Shown: piece by piece, positions 39,336 to 53,580 of the stretch
Layout: every line of letters starts with the position of its first letter
Position numbering within the stretch: position 1 is the first letter of the stretch
Translations under genes and position numbers: made by a program
Notes under the pieces: generated by a model
The model's database searches: none
Seen by the model: the letters and a program-made list of their open reading frames with translations, nothing else
What the model was told of the DNA's origin: nothing
Source of the DNA: Camelus dromedarius
Taxonomy: Eukaryota
Assembly (NCBI RefSeq): GCF_036321535.1
Contig: NC_087447.1
Location: forward strand, 49,912,001 to 49,976,000
Length of the DNA: 64,000 nucleotides
Direction of reading: 5' to 3'

Positions 39336-42107
39336 TAGAAATTGGGAAGTGTTCCCCCCTCTTCTATTTTTTAGAAGAATTTTCAGCATTGCTGTTAATT
39401 CTTCTTTTAAATGTTTGTTAGAATTTACCAGTGGAGCCATGTGGTCCTGCACTTTTCTTTGTTGGGAGATTTTTGATTAATGTTTTAATTTCTTTACTTG
39501 CTATAGGTCTGTTCATATTTTCTGTATACTCTTGTGTCAGTTTAGATCATTTGTGTGTTTCTGAGAAAAAGACTTTCATATAGGTTATCTAATTTGTTGG
39601 TGTACAATTGTTCATAGTATTTTCTTATAATCCTTTTCATTTCTGTAAGGTCTTTAATAATATGTCCATTTTCATTTCTGATTTTAGTTGTTTGGTTGTG
39701 TCTTTGCTTTTATTTTCTTTTAAAAGCTTTTAGCTAGAGTAGGAAGATTTGCTTGATATTTTCAAAGAATTGACTTTTTGGTTTTGTTGAATTCTCTCTA
39801 TTGTTTTTGTATTCTCTTCTATCTCCACTCTAATCTTTATTATTTCCTTCATTCTGCTAGGTTTGGGTTTTGTTTTCTATTTCTTTAGATGTAAAGTTAG
39901 GTTATTGATATGACATTTTTCTTTTTTAGCATCAGTGTTTATACCTTTTAATTTCCACATCCCATAAATTTTGACATGTTGTGTTTTTATTTTCATTCAT
40001 CTCAAAGTTTTTTCTAATTTCCCATGTGATTTTTTTTTCACTGACCTGTTGGTTGCTTAGGAGAGTTTAATTTTCACACATTTGTGGATTTTCTAGTTTT
40101 TCCTTCCATTACTGAATTCCAGGTTAATTCCATTGTGATGGAGAGATATTTTGTGTGAGTTTAGGATTTTTTTAATTTATTAAGACTTGTTTTGTGACCT
40201 AACATATGATCTCTTCTAGAGAATGTTCCTGGTGCATTTGAGAAAAATGTGTATTCTGTTGTTAGATGTAGTGTTCTATATGTGTTAGTTAGGTCTAGTT
40301 GGTTTATAGTGTTGTCAAGTCTTCCATATCCTTGTTGATCTTCTGTCATCCATTAATGAAAGTGGGGTATTAAATTCTCCAACTATTATTGTAGGACTAT
40401 TTCAGATCTGTCAGTATTCGCCTCTTTTATTTTGGGGCTCTGTCATTTGGTGCGTATGTTTTTAGTTGTTATTTCTTCTTGATGAATTGACCCTTTATCT
40501 CTTTTTTGTGTGTGTGCCTCATTTCCTCTGTTACTGCCTTTTTCCCCCCTAAATTGATTTTTTTTGCAGTGTACCATTTTGATTCCCTTCTCATTTCCTT
40601 TTCACTGTATATAAGATACTTTCTTATTGGTGGCTTTGAGGATTACAATTAATATCCTTAATTTATGACAATTCAAGTTTGAATTGATACCCACTTAGCT
40701 TCAGTAGGAATATAAAAACTCTGTTCCTCCATACCTCTGTCCCCTTCATTTCTGTTGTTGTCACAAGTGACATCTTTATACATTTTGTGCCCATAATACT
40801 GTCTTTTTAATTTACCTGTATAGTTGCTTTCACTGGAGATCTTTATTTCTTAGTTCAGCTGAGTAACTGTGTAGTGTCCTTTCATGTCAACCTTAAGGCC
40901 TGAGCTTTCACTTCATGCAGTAAACCTAGCAGTCAGCCAGAGGTGAAGTCTGGAGTCTTCTCAGGGCTGTTCTGGGCATGTGCATGACTACTGATTCCCC
41001 AGTGTGTAAAGATAATTTTGAATATGCTGATTTCTCAAAGAAACTCTTCCCAGCTTTTCCTCCCAGGCTTTAGACAGTCTGTTGTACTTCTCATGCTTGA
41101 TCTTTTGCACAAGGAGGCTGTGAGGTTGGTTGGTTTGCTGTACAGCCTGAACAGTGTCCTTGCCTTTCCTCTTTGAGTGAGTTCTGATTAGGCAAAATAA
41201 AGACAAGTGCCTTACATTAGTCCTTCAGGTAGCCCCCAGACAAGTTAGAACAGACAGACACAGATTTTTGTAGAATAAGATCTGCTCTGCTCCCTTAAGA
41301 ACCAGGGGCCAGGGCCCTACACTGGCAGGCTGCTGTCTTCAAGACCACCGCTGAGCTGGAAAGGGGGTTAGGGACAGGATAAGTAAAAATGCTGCAAAAC
41401 TTTCCTCCTGATTTTGAGTTTCCTTTTTCTTGATTCATCATTCAGCCACTTGTAAACCTTTGACTGACAGTTTTTGCTTGATTTTTTTTTCCAGTGTTTC
41501 TCTGGAGGGACAACTCCTTTGATCTACTTCTCTACCATTTTTGCTGACATCATTCCATTTGTCTGTGTAATGATGAAAAACAGTGCTTATAATGGATGAA
41601 GAGACCCCTAGGTGATTTTAAGCATGAGAGAATACCATAACCAGATATGTCTTTGACAAAGATGACCTTGTAGTTTTGTGGAGAGTGGGCACCCCTCCTG
41701 GCCTTCCATAGGTTCCATTAATAAAATTAAGTATCTTTCCAGATTTTTATCAAATTTGTGCATGATGATCTATCTTAAAGTATTAGTTATATAGGAAAAT
41801 CACTTTGGGAGCTTGAAGGAGGGGTGCTCCTCAAAATGATAGGTACTCTTTCCCCAGGTCAGCTGCACACTTTAATTTGTGAAGGAGCAACATGTGGGCA
41901 ACTCCAAGTAGTCTGTGCCAGTGTGAGTAGTAGTGATGATGTGTTTATTGATTGGTTGATTTTCCTAAGCAATCTGGGAAGGCCAGCTAGATTTAGGTGA
42001 TTGTTACTCATTTTTTCTTAGGAAGCCAGGAGAACCACAGGAATTGCTTTTTTGTGAACTAATTTTATATTCTGCCTCTTTCTTCCCCCCTTTACTGAAA
42101 CATATAT

Positions 42108-42282
42108 TATAGTTTATTGATTCTAATATAAATACTTTTGACATTTTAATATTGCTAAAAATGAGATGTATCTTACATTAATGGCATGTCATAATACGAT
42201 TGATAGCATTTATCTTTTCTTAGTTAATAAGTTGATGATGCAGTTCACAATTGATGCTGCCTCAGATTTTATGAACTGTCAA
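42108..42282. mobile_element. Possible old TcMar-Tigger-type MITE
   Basis: Loosely inverted ends (tttattgattctaa / tcagattttatgaa) and gatgtatcttacatt motif. Confidence 0.35.
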
Positions 42283-44634
42283 TTATTTTAGCTGGTTTTA
42301 TATACTTTAGTAAAGCAGTTCAGATCCTTTCTGGAATGACATAGATGTGTAAATACAAATACATTTATTGATTATGTGTGTTGATTGAATCAGCCTCCCA
42401 GTGATTACCCTGGATCACTGAAAGAGCAGATTAGACATGGTTTCCTTTTCTCCTGAGTGTGTTGGTTTTGATACAAACCTTTCCAGGATATTAGGTGGAA
42501 TCAGGTCTTCATGTGAGATGGAAAATAGGAATTAAATGACTCATTGGACAAATTATACTTAATGTAACAGACCTAGGAATCCTCAGTCTCTGCCCTCTCT
42601 GATTACCTGTTTCATCTGGTTATTGGTGTGTGGTATATTGGGGTTCAAAGCCCGATTTAGCTCGTTTTGCTAGAAGGAAAAAAATCTAGTCTTTTCCTTT
42701 GGCCGGTTTGAAACAGGGTCTGGACTGATGCCTTGCCTACACCATTACTTGTGCACCTGCACACTGTAAAGGGAAACTCAGAAATCTTTGTTGCATTTCA
42801 TTTTGAGCCTCAGACCACAAAACACGAAGGAATGTAGCTGAAGTCCAGCTGCACTGTTCTTTCACCCCTTATTTCTCCTTTCACTGAGGACTGAAAAGTA
42901 GGTTTTAAAGTGATTTTTTGAAATGAAATGTGTTAGTCATTGTTGCTGTGCTACTTAGCTGTGTGTTAGGCAGTATGTTCAGAATGGATTAGTGGAGCAA
43001 TCCTTGAGCTAGGACGTAGCTGGTCAGATTTTATGGCTTTTTCAAACCCTTAAAAGATGTCTGAAATTTTTTGTTTTATTCTCATAAGGAGAAAAAGGGA
43101 GTGGTGTAAATTGGCAGGCATTTTTGAAACTTCCTGGCCTGTCCACAACAAGGTTTTTACAAATCTCTAAAAGCTGGTTAGCTATTTTTCTCTAGTGGAA
43201 TTACTGGAACTTAGAGAAATGTTAGTGCTGCTTTTCCCATTTCGTTGATTTTTATGTGTGTGCTTGTATTTATGTTATGTTATGGAAGATCTTGACTAAA
43301 ACCCCAGGAGTTACCTTTTTTTTACCTGAATGATTCTGATTTCTTTTAAAGACAAATTCTAGACTATAATGAAGTTGTGATGTATCCGAAATCAGATCAT
43401 AATGGGCCCAGGTCATAGTCATTGCATGTGGATCTCATGCTCACGAGAGAAGTGGTCTGTTTTAATGACCTACCTTTTTTGTGACTGGCTGCACATGGTG
43501 ATCATGCATACCTACGTGTAAAGGGGCTGGCCAGACCCCAGGCCTGTGACTCAAGCCACCTTACAGCCACTGTGGCATGTCTGGAGGTCAATGCAGCTTC
43601 CCCTGCAGCTTTACCAGTTGTACTTTGCCAGGAGGGAAGGGACAGAGGAATTTGCAGAGTGGCAGTCAGCAGACTGATTGTCTATCTCTGGATTCCTTCA
43701 GCCTACCTCTTGGCCTGGCAACACTAACCTGTTGAATAAATGAATGAGAATTTTTTCTAATGGCATCTCCTCAAATCATTTAGAATGCTTTGAACATTAT
43801 TTGCACAAGTAGCAAATTCTCTATGGAAATAGTGACTGGCCCCTGGGATTTCATTGGCATATATTGAGAACATAAATGTTTTTAGACTGCTGTGATTTTC
43901 TGGCTGCTGTAATTCCGACTTCTCATCTTCTATTCTTACCTGTTTCAGGCAAAAACACCTGTTGAAACATCTTATAATAAAAATTATAGATTCCTTCCTA
44001 TAAGAAATTCTCAGCTTCTGTTTGTTAATCAAGCTGCTTTAATGCAGATTTCAGAAATGGTTGCTGTTCTCACTAAATTAGCATGTTTGCTTTCATGGCA
44101 TCCAATTAAATCTGATGGCCTCCTTCCAGAAATGTGAGATTTTCACATCATGCTTAGGCTTAAGTGCTGTGGCTTTGATTTTCAACTCTTCTACTGTTTA
44201 TCCTATAAATTAGAGCATTTTTGGTAACCTTTCATCTTCATTTTATTATAGGTTGTTGCTCAGATGCTGGCCTTAAAAGCACTTAGTAACCTAGACCTCA
44301 GACCTTTAAATTAAAGTGATTGTGATAACTTGAGGCAGTGGCTGAACCAAATGCTTTGAATTTCTGTTTCTCCTTGCTGTGCAGCCTAAAAGTATAATCA
44401 AACAAATATTTTTCAGTGTGACTAATATAACTGAAATGAATGAAATTATTAGTTCTTTCAGATTTTCCACTTGATTACAGGAATGTGACCTAAGTTGAAA
44501 AATCTCTGTTCAAATATCTGTAGTCCTACTCCATTATAACTATCTAAGGGTACACCATGGCACAGAAATAAAGATGAAGAAAAAAAAGGTTATGTATACA
44601 CAGAATTGTAGACTTTGTGTTTTAGAACCAGACA

Positions 44635-44770
44635 AAATATTCTTAGGTCATATGATTGAACCCTTCATTTCACAAATGAAGAAAGAAGTTGAAAGATGAA
44701 GTAAGGTCATGTAACAAGTTAACGAAGCATTCGCGTAGATCTGGCCCACTGAGGAAGTCAAGCCCAGAAG
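44635..44770 (-). mobile_element. MIR
   Basis: cccttcatttcacaaatgaagaaagaag core. Confidence 0.55.
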
Positions 44771-45099
44771 ACAGTGTGCCGATTGTAAGTGTAGTACTTT
44801 TAAAAGCAAGCATTTAGGAGATGCAAGTGCATTTATCAAAAAAGGGCTATATTGAGACTGAAATACTCCTTTTCCTGAATTTAGGAAAACTCACTGGTGA
44901 AAAATGCCGTGATGTGAATTCCTGTGTATTAAACAGAGTCACCATGTTAGGGTCTTACTGAATATGCTAATTAAATTTTATAGATCAGTTGGTTCACTTG
45001 ACATTTGTTTTTCCTCTAAAAGGCATAGTATAAAATGACTCTCTTTCCTTCCTTCTTGCCTCAATTTATTTAAACTGGGCAGGGTTTGTTTTTGTGTTT

Positions 45100-45290
45100 T
45101 ATTTCTAGTCACTTAAGGCTTTGAAGTTACGTTGGCTTCATCTCTGATCACTAAACGACTGGGGAAATATTGTCCCTTCTGAGTCTTGGTTCACCTGGTA
45201 TAGTACCTATGCCAGTAGGTTACCATGAGGTTTAACTGAAGCACAGTGCTTGGCACATAGAAGATGCTCAATAAAATTTTGTAACTACTG
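45100..45290 (+). mobile_element. MIR
   Basis: ctgagtcttggttcacctg...cagtgcttggcacatagaagatgctcaataaa. Confidence 0.6.
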
Positions 45291-45729
45291 TTATGTATCC
45301 ATTGAGCTTTGCAATAGGAATTCCAGGCAACCATGTAGTTTTGTTTTGTTTTGTTTTTAACTAATTCTAGGTGCTAAAAGGAAAGGTGGGCCTAAGGAAA
45401 GGTTAAGGAAAATTAAAAATGCAACCCAGTAGCATTGTACTAGATTTCCTTTTGTAATAATGCCACAGAAGTACATCATCTTCACTCAGTGATGTAAATG
45501 TAGAGGACTCATGTACAGGGAAAACACTGTTACAGATCTGAAGGCTTGTCTCTTTTACTTCAACAACTCAGGGAGTTTACTGCCTAGTATCCACTAATGA
45601 GTCAAGTAAGTGTCTGTATTTTAGAAGCTATCGGTTTAGTGTATGCTAAAGTCCTTATTCTTGAAAGGAATGTAGAGCATGTTCAAATAGTTAGAGTCTC
45701 GAGCCGGGCCAACTACTTATTCTTTCAGT

Positions 45730-46205
45730 CTTATCCCAGTTCATGACCTATGGTTCAGTCAAACTGTTGTTTTCCAAATGCATCACATTATTTCCCGCCC
45801 TGATATGCTTTGTCCCTGCTCTTCTGCTTGTCTGGAATGCCTTCCCTAGCCATGTCTAGGATCATAATCATGGTTGTACATAAAGCCCTTCCCTTATTAT
45901 CTAAAACTTTCCCCATAAAGTCTTTCTTGATTCCCCATAGTTTGATGTACTGCCATAGTCCTTTGTAATCCTATGAACAGTTCCCTCTGTATAGTATCTC
46001 AGAAATGAACTATGTTTATATATGTTCTTATTTCATTTTAGCAACAGCCCAGTGATACAAGTGATGTATTAGCATTTTTTGTCTTATTCCTGTCTGAAAT
46101 ATTTTCAGTGTAGAAACTGCATCTTACTTGGCATGAAACTTATTCCATAGCTTTACCGAGAACCTTGTATTGTGTAAACACTCAATAAATATTTCTTGAA
46201 TTGCA
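45730..46205 (+). mobile_element. L2 3' part
   Basis: ctgcttgtctggaatgccttccc...cactcaataaatatttcttgaatt. Confidence 0.65.
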
Positions 46206-48339
46206 TTAGGAGAGCAAAAGGGATGTGCAGTTTTTGCAAATGCTATTAAGTAATCTGACACTCCACACTGTAGCCCATAATTTTAACTCTAGATGCTCTG
46301 GCCGGGACAATCATTATTATTTCATACACTCCCTCAGGACCACGCGAAGCTATTAACTTTGGTGCCTGTTGTAATCCAAGGCACAGGCAGCAGTGCTGAT
46401 GGGATTGTGTTCAGGAGTGAGAGCAAAGAATATGTTTTAAAATGAGGAATCCCCGTGGAAATTTAGGCAGGAGAGATCAACGAAATAAAAATGCCGAAGG
46501 TGGTTGCTAGGTGAGACAGGAAATGAACGCCTTATGAAGATTAGGCATTCCATTGAGAGAGGGGAAATGTGGAAAATGAGTCAGAAGTAATTGTGCAGCT
46601 ATTTCATCGCTGACACTTGGAAGCATATTGTTGTGTGTGTTGTGTTTAATGAAGTGTGCTTTTATTGTGCTGATGTTATTATCTGGATGAGGAAGTCTTC
46701 TCTCGTATTATTGTCATCTCAGCTTTCTGCAACCAACTAAATTAAAATACAGTAATGTAATGGGACAGTGGAATAAAAAAGAAAACCAGATGACTCTGAC
46801 ATGTGACCCCAACTTGAACCTACTGCGTTTCTGGTTTGCAGTGTATTCAAATCAGAATAGACGTTCAGTGTAGTGCTTTGGGGGGAACGGGGAGGTAGAG
46901 GAATAATATATTTAGTTAAGAGTGGGCTATGTCATGGATAAAGATTGTTACAATATTAGAATATGTGAGATCAGTGTTTCTCAACAAGAGGTCCCCAGAG
47001 CAGCAGTGAGTTCTCTGGGTAGCCTGTGGACTGGCCCTTTGCAGTCTGTTATTAAGATGTATCATATGACAGCATAGAGGTTGTGCATTCTGATGAAAAT
47101 TAATCGTTTACTCTAATAAGTAAGACTATTTTCTTGATGTTACCTTGAAAGCAGCGTCTTTCCTTTAATTCTTATATTGTTTGTTTTGGTGGGCAAACAA
47201 TGAGGGATATGAGGGTAATTATATCAAGCCTGAGAGTTTGGAGTAAGTGATTTGTGGAATCCTTTGGTTTTCTGAAGAAATAAATGGATGGAAAGAGTAA
47301 GAAAATTATTTTTAGGTAGATGTGAACTTATTTTATCTCTTCAAGGCATCTTATTATAATAGTTCTTTAGACAGTTTTCTAAGGATAACATTTATGTCCT
47401 GGTTAATAGTACCATTTTAAAACAAATTTATATCATTTTTTAACTAAATTCTATTCACTGCCAGTTTTTATACCTCTCCCCTATGATAATATACAGTTAC
47501 TAAGATCACCAAACGTAAATCTGAATCAGATTAAATGATCAATTGTTTTTCATAGTGTTTTTCTTTTCTAATTCTTTGAAATGAAAAATTGATATGAAAG
47601 TTAATTCATATATAGGTAAATCACAAGAGAGTTAAATTACAAAAGAGTTACATTGCACCAAAGTCAAACCATATGTTGAGGACTAGTATGTATTAGTCAC
47701 TGCACAAGATGCTGGCACTAGGTGGAATTACGCAGATGCTGAAATGGCATCAGAGATGGATAGCAAGTCACTAGACAGTCGTACTCAACATTATAAGGGT
47801 TAGAAACACATGGGGTTGCGATGGAGTAGCCAGCAAAGCATGCTTTAGGAGATGGCCCCTGAGCTGGTGCGTATGGAAGAGGATTAGGAGCTGTCCAGGT
47901 GAAGGCTGGCTACACAGAAGCACATTCACACTGGCACTAAACAGGTATTGCCCTTTCCATTGGCCAGAGCTTCTAGTTTCTCACTAGTCTGGTAAGTGTC
48001 TTCAGTTTAAGTTGCTCACCAGTTTTCTTTTTGGCATAAATAAAAGAAGGATAAGTTAATAAATCAATCTTTAGTTGATGTAAAAAGAAAAATTACTTTC
48101 AAAGATGATAAGCTTTGAGTAGTTAAATATCAACAGACATAAATAAAAATATACATATTCATTTATTCAAAGCATAGTAATATATGTTTATAAAGTATTC
48201 TGGATCACAGATTGGCTATAATAAATATATGACTGATTTGACTTAAACATATGGTCACTTTCATATATAACTGTCTAACAAAGATAAACTGTATTGGCAT
48301 GTAAATAATAAAATGTGTATTCTGATCTTAGGAAAGGAG

Positions 48340-48525
48340 AAACCATGGCTTTCCCATTTCACTCTTCTGAAAGAACTTGAACCAGTTTATTTCACCTCAC
48401 TAATCTCAGTGCACTCATCCGAAAATGAGGATAATGGCTTTAGAAAATTGTGAAAAGTAAGAGAATTTATAGAAAATCAGCATTGTAGATAATAGCCACT
48501 CAGTAAATTTGTATACTGAATGATA
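48340..48525 (+). mobile_element. MIR
   Basis: tctcagtgcactcatccgaaaatgaggataat core. Confidence 0.6.
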
Positions 48526-48619
48526 ATAATAAGTAGAAATGAGAAATTTGATAAGTCCATAGCCTCCAATTTGGAAAGGATGTCTTAAATGAAGCTCAGA
48601 AACATACAGATCATAATAT

Positions 48620-49155
48620 GAGAAATAATCCATAAATTTGATTTCATTTAAAAAAATTGCTTATAACAAAAGAGAACAAAAACAAAATGGAAAGGTAAAC
48701 CACGCATCAGGAGAAGAGATTTGTAGCACATAGATTAACCAAGGGTCAGTATCCAGAATATATAAGAAAAACTTTTACATGTCAATAAAAAAGGAACGAT
48801 CAACCCAGTTGAAATATGGGCATAGTATGTAAAGAAGCTATTACAGAACAAATCCGAAATATCTCGTAACAGAAGAGAAAATACTCCGCCTCACTAGTAA
48901 TCAGGAAAATTCAGATTAGCACCAGAAGAGATACCATTTTATGTCCCTCAACCTGGCCAAAAATAGAATGTCTGCTGAGTATGTGATTTGGTGAGCACAT
49001 AGAGGAAAGGAACTCTCATCCTTCGTGAGAGTTTCAGTTAGTTCATCTGTTTCAGGGCGCAGTTTGACCGTACAGTTACATCTGCATAAACCCCTCTCAA
49101 CCTGACAGCCTCACTCCTGGTTAGAGACTGTTGAGTAGCTTTTACATACATGCAA
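48620..49155 (+). mobile_element. L1ME-type ORF2 C-terminal fragment
   Basis: tatccagaatatataagaa, ctcactagtaatcagga, gataccatttt motifs. Confidence 0.7.
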
Positions 49156-52100
49156 GCTGCTAACATTTATTATGTCTTTATTATACAGATAATTAAATAA
49201 ATGATCTTTTGGTTACCTCTATTATTCTGCATTGGAATTCTTCACAATTATACAGATAGTATTTAATTTTTTTAAAGTGCCTTTATCCTTTTGTACTATT
49301 CCTTTCAGGGTCTCCATTACAGTGAAATATTTTCTTCTTCTCCTTTTTTTCCTTAAAACTATTTCTTTTAAGACTAGAATCCGTATTTCTTTGTATACAG
49401 CTCCTCCTTTCTTTCTCATTAACGCAGGATTGATGTGGGTAGTTACTTTTTATCATAATTCATATCATTTTCATATACCAGTTCTTGCTTCATGGTTAGT
49501 TTTAAATTTATAGTAGGAGTTCTCCATATTTCCTTTTGAGCAATTATCAGTGTTTATAATGCCTAGAATTTTGAGTGCTGCTCATTTATATGATTGATAA
49601 TCTTTTTAAAAGACTTAACAAAAGAATTAATTCTCCTCATCCTGCTTGTTAGTAACTCCCATTAATATAAAAGATGATTCCCAGGTTCATGATGTGGAGA
49701 GACTAGTGATGAAACACCGGAAGTGTTAACTGTACTTAGTTATAGAAATTTACTGCTGTAAGTTAATTAGACACACCAGTAAGCAACAAGAACATTTTGT
49801 TATTTTAATTTGTAGAAATACAAGGTTGGTAAACTAATGAGACGTGGCAGGCAGTTCTCTTGGAGTTTGATTGACAGCTATGTGACTAAAACTTTTTAAC
49901 ATGTGTAGATGATGAATGAATTTATTGAAACAACTTATGTTATAAGATATTCCATACAGGGAATATCTATTTTTGAGTGTGTAGTAGCATAATTTTGTCA
50001 TTTCTGACTTTAAAAATTAGTGCTGGAGGAAAACCTTTTTAGTCACCTCCTAATGTTGAATTTGCTAAATAGTGTTCTGTGTAAGAGATAAAATTTATTT
50101 TGTTATTTTCTGGTTTCTACATTATTTGTGGTCTCTAAAAGTCACAAAATGGGAGATTCATAAGTTGGTTAGAAAGGAATTTGGTAAATGGCATGTTATT
50201 TTCCATCAGAGATTTCTAGTGGAAATGATAAAACAATATTCTGTTCTAAGAAGATACAGGTTGGTCACATTCAACTGAAAGCAGTTTCCTTTCCCATTTG
50301 GTATCATTCTGGGGGGAGCCTACCTGTATGTATGTAATTTGGAGTAGACAGTTAATTTTGTATTACTAAGTGCTAATTCAAAGTCAAGGTTCATAGTATC
50401 AGAATTATTAATGCACAAATGAACCTGCTCATCTATGCATGCATTCATCAGATATTCAGTAAGTATGTACTCCTGGCAGACGTTTTTCTAGGTTTTTGGA
50501 ATATAGTGATGAGCAACATCAACACTTTTTTTTCTTTTTAAAATAATTAGTTTAAAAATCAATTCTGTAAAGACTACTGTCTGCCATATGAAGACTTTAC
50601 GCTAGATGTTTTTTACAGACCAGATACAGACTAAGAAAGTGGACATATTATCTAGGCTTATTACCTAACTTGAGAGATAACAGAAATACCTTGCTTCATG
50701 CCTTTTATTCAATAGTGCTCCTTTCTTTACCTGCTATGCTCTTGTCTTGTGAACACACTGCACATTTCATCAGGCGTCCTCTGATTTTGAGCAGAGAGAG
50801 AAATGCCTGGTTGACAGGTGGTTTGGGACTAGGCTGAACAGTCATTTTGGCATGAAGAGTAAAGGCCCAATTATTGACCAGAAAGTACTTTTTAAAGTTT
50901 TAGGACTAGCTTATGTTATTTAAGTCAGAAAATCCATTTTAGTTTTTTGGCTTTTCAAGTGAAAACAACATAAGTATGCTTGAGTGACCCAGTCCTCACT
51001 CTGCAAAAATATGCTGACAGCAGGTCCTATTTGTGTGACAAGACTAATTCAGAGGAACAATAAGTAGTGTTTACACACTCAAAACTAGCCAATAAAATAG
51101 AAGGTTACAAATAAGAAATTAGAAATGATTCATTGTCGTGAGTTTCACACACGCGTGTGACTGAGTGTCCACTTGTGTACACAAGGCAATGTCAGAGATA
51201 GTATTAGAGAAACATAGGATTCCTAGAACTCAGCTAGTCATTATGGTCACCAGATGTCTTTTAAGTGGAATATTCCTCTTTCCTCTACTGTTTCAAACAC
51301 TTGCCTTCCTGGAAGATTTGACCACAGATGCACTTAAGGATTGTCCAGTCTACTGTCTTCAACTTGGAGCCATACACGTACTGAAGGCTAAACTGTTCAT
51401 AGTTCTTTCAGTTGACTCTTTTCTACTTTAATGTTTTTTGAAACATCTTCAGGGTAGAAAATCCAAAGGGGAAATCCACAGATGTAGGGAGGAAAAAAGG
51501 CCAAAATACAGGCATTTAAGGAAATAGAAGTAATAATATGAAAAAAGACTTTTAAGGGTATTCAGAATTCTCTAAGATAAAGGAGGGAAAAGCATCCATA
51601 AAACAAGAATGAGAGTTTATAAAACAGAAGTAGGTTATTGTGATTCAGAAAACATAGAAAAATAGATTTTTTTTAAAAAAACCCTCATAAAAGAAATAGT
51701 AGACTAGATACACTTAAGGAGAGAATTTGTGAACAATAAAATAGACATGAAAACATCACCCAGAACGCTGCACACAGAGAGAGAGAGATTTATGAGACAG
51801 AAGTTATAGGACTTAGAGGGTGATTGAGAGATGTCAGTGTGTATCTAACAGGAATTCTAGGAATAGAAATTGAAGGGAATGGCAATGAAGAAATGTTCTA
51901 AGTGGCTGAGTAAAAAAATACAGAGAGAAAATTATGACAACAAAAAGGAGATGCTTACAGATACAATAGCGATTGAAAAGTCTTAAGAGCATACTGTGAA
52001 CAACTTTTGGGTAGAATGGATTTTTTAAAGAAGCATAAAATTGATTAAAAGAAATAGGAAAGCTGAATAGGACCTGTTTCCAGAGTGTGATGGAATAGAT

Positions 52101-52497
52101 ATCTGGACCAATACTGAAAACGCAGAATTAAAAAAAAATCTTGAATGTATCTATTAGTTAATAATAAAGAATATTTAGGTCAAAAGCTGAGTGAAGGCAA
52201 GAACCTAGAGAGAGAAGGTGAGCACTGAAGGAAGCTTTTGCCTTGAAGGCATTTAATAAACAACTCGATTAGGACACTGTGAAAAACAAACTTATAGACA
52301 ATTTATGGACATAAATACAGAAATACAAATTAAAATGTGTGCAGGCTGAATCTAGCAGGTCAGGAGAGTTGATGGCTGAACACTTAAAAAGTCTTCGGCA
52401 TAAGCCATTCATTAACAGATTAACAGCAGTATTATATGGTTATTTCAATAAATGTAAATGCAGAAAAAGCTTCAATAAAATTCAACACTTACTTAGA

Positions 52498-53580
52498 AAG
52501 GCAATACGTTTTGATTAGGAGCATAAACTGTGGACCCAGATGGCATGAGTTTGAACCTAGATTCATATTTAGTGTGCATGGTAGGCAGAATTTGAAATGG
52601 CACTCCAGATTCCCACTCTCCTGATATACATGCCCTGTGTAATTCCTTCCCATTGAGTGTGGGCAGGCCTTATGGATATAATGGAATTTCATTCCCATGA
52701 TCAAGGTCCCTAATCATTTGACTTTGAGTTAATATAAAAGGAGATTATCTGGTGGGTCTGAATTAATCAGGTGACCTCTTAAAAGAGCCAAGAAACAGTG
52801 GCAGACACTCTTTGCTAGCCTGAAGACAAACACAGAGTCATGTTGTGAACTGCTTATGGAACAGGCCGTGTGGCTAAGACTTGAGGGCAGCCTCTTAAGT
52901 GCTGAGAATAAAATCCGACTGACAGCTAGCAAGCAACTTGCTCAGCCCTGCAACCACAGGAACTAAATTCTGCCAACAACCTCTGAATGAGCTTGGAAGA
53001 TGATCCTGAGCTGTACGTGAGAGCACAGCCTGGCCAACATCTTGATTTCATGCTTGTTAGACCTTGGGCAGAAAACCCAGCTATGCCTTGCCTGGGCTTC
53101 TGACTTACAGAAACTATAAGCTAATAAATGAGTGTTTTTTTTAATTGAGGTATAATTGACATATAACATTATATTAGTTTCAGGTATACAGTATAAAGAT
53201 TCAATATTTGTATACACTTTGAACTGATCACCACAATAAGTCTAGTTACTATCCATCACCATACAAATTTACAATTTTTCCCTTTTTTTAAACAATTTTT
53301 CCCTTGTGATGAGAACTTTAAAATTTACAATATGTGTTGTTTTAATCTGATAAATGGTTTGTATTTTTTAAAAGACAGTAGTAGAAAACAGTTACTTCAT
53401 ATGACCTTGGACAAGTTATTTAATCTCCCAATGCTTTTACTTAATTGTCTGTAAAATGGAGATAATGATAGTACCCACCTCACTGGGTGTGTGGGTGGAT
53501 TAAATGAGCCAATACTTATAAAATACATGTGGCACGTGGTAAAGCCTCAAATGTTTGCAAATAGTACTAGTCGTTGTTAT
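52498..53580 (+). mobile_element. MIR split in two (52498-52575 and 53400-53580)
   Basis: gagtttgaacctagattc...tagtgtg | atgaccttggacaagttatttaatctc...ctgtaaaatggagataatgatagtacc. Confidence 0.7.
52576..53397 (+). mobile_element. MaLR LTR (MLT1E-like), interrupted by an L1 3' end at ~53135-53330 (- strand)
   Basis: ggtaggcagaatttgaaatggc...ttgagtgtgggcagg...gcctgggcttctgacttacagaaactataagctaataaatg...gtgttgttttaa...agtagaaaac. Confidence 0.8.

Larger units (their letters stand above)
36665..41560 (-). mobile_element. Long L1MB-type element with nested insertions
   Basis: ORFs 36992..37177, 37266..37463 and 40161..40349 (YRTLHLTTEYTFFSNAPGTFSRRDHMLGHKTSLNK = L1 endonuclease) are L1 ORF2p-like. 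Confidence 0.88.

Noticed and set aside
51148..51159. 12-bp palindrome CACACGCGTGTG
   Set aside because: Short, derived from CA/TG repeats, and expected by chance at this window size.
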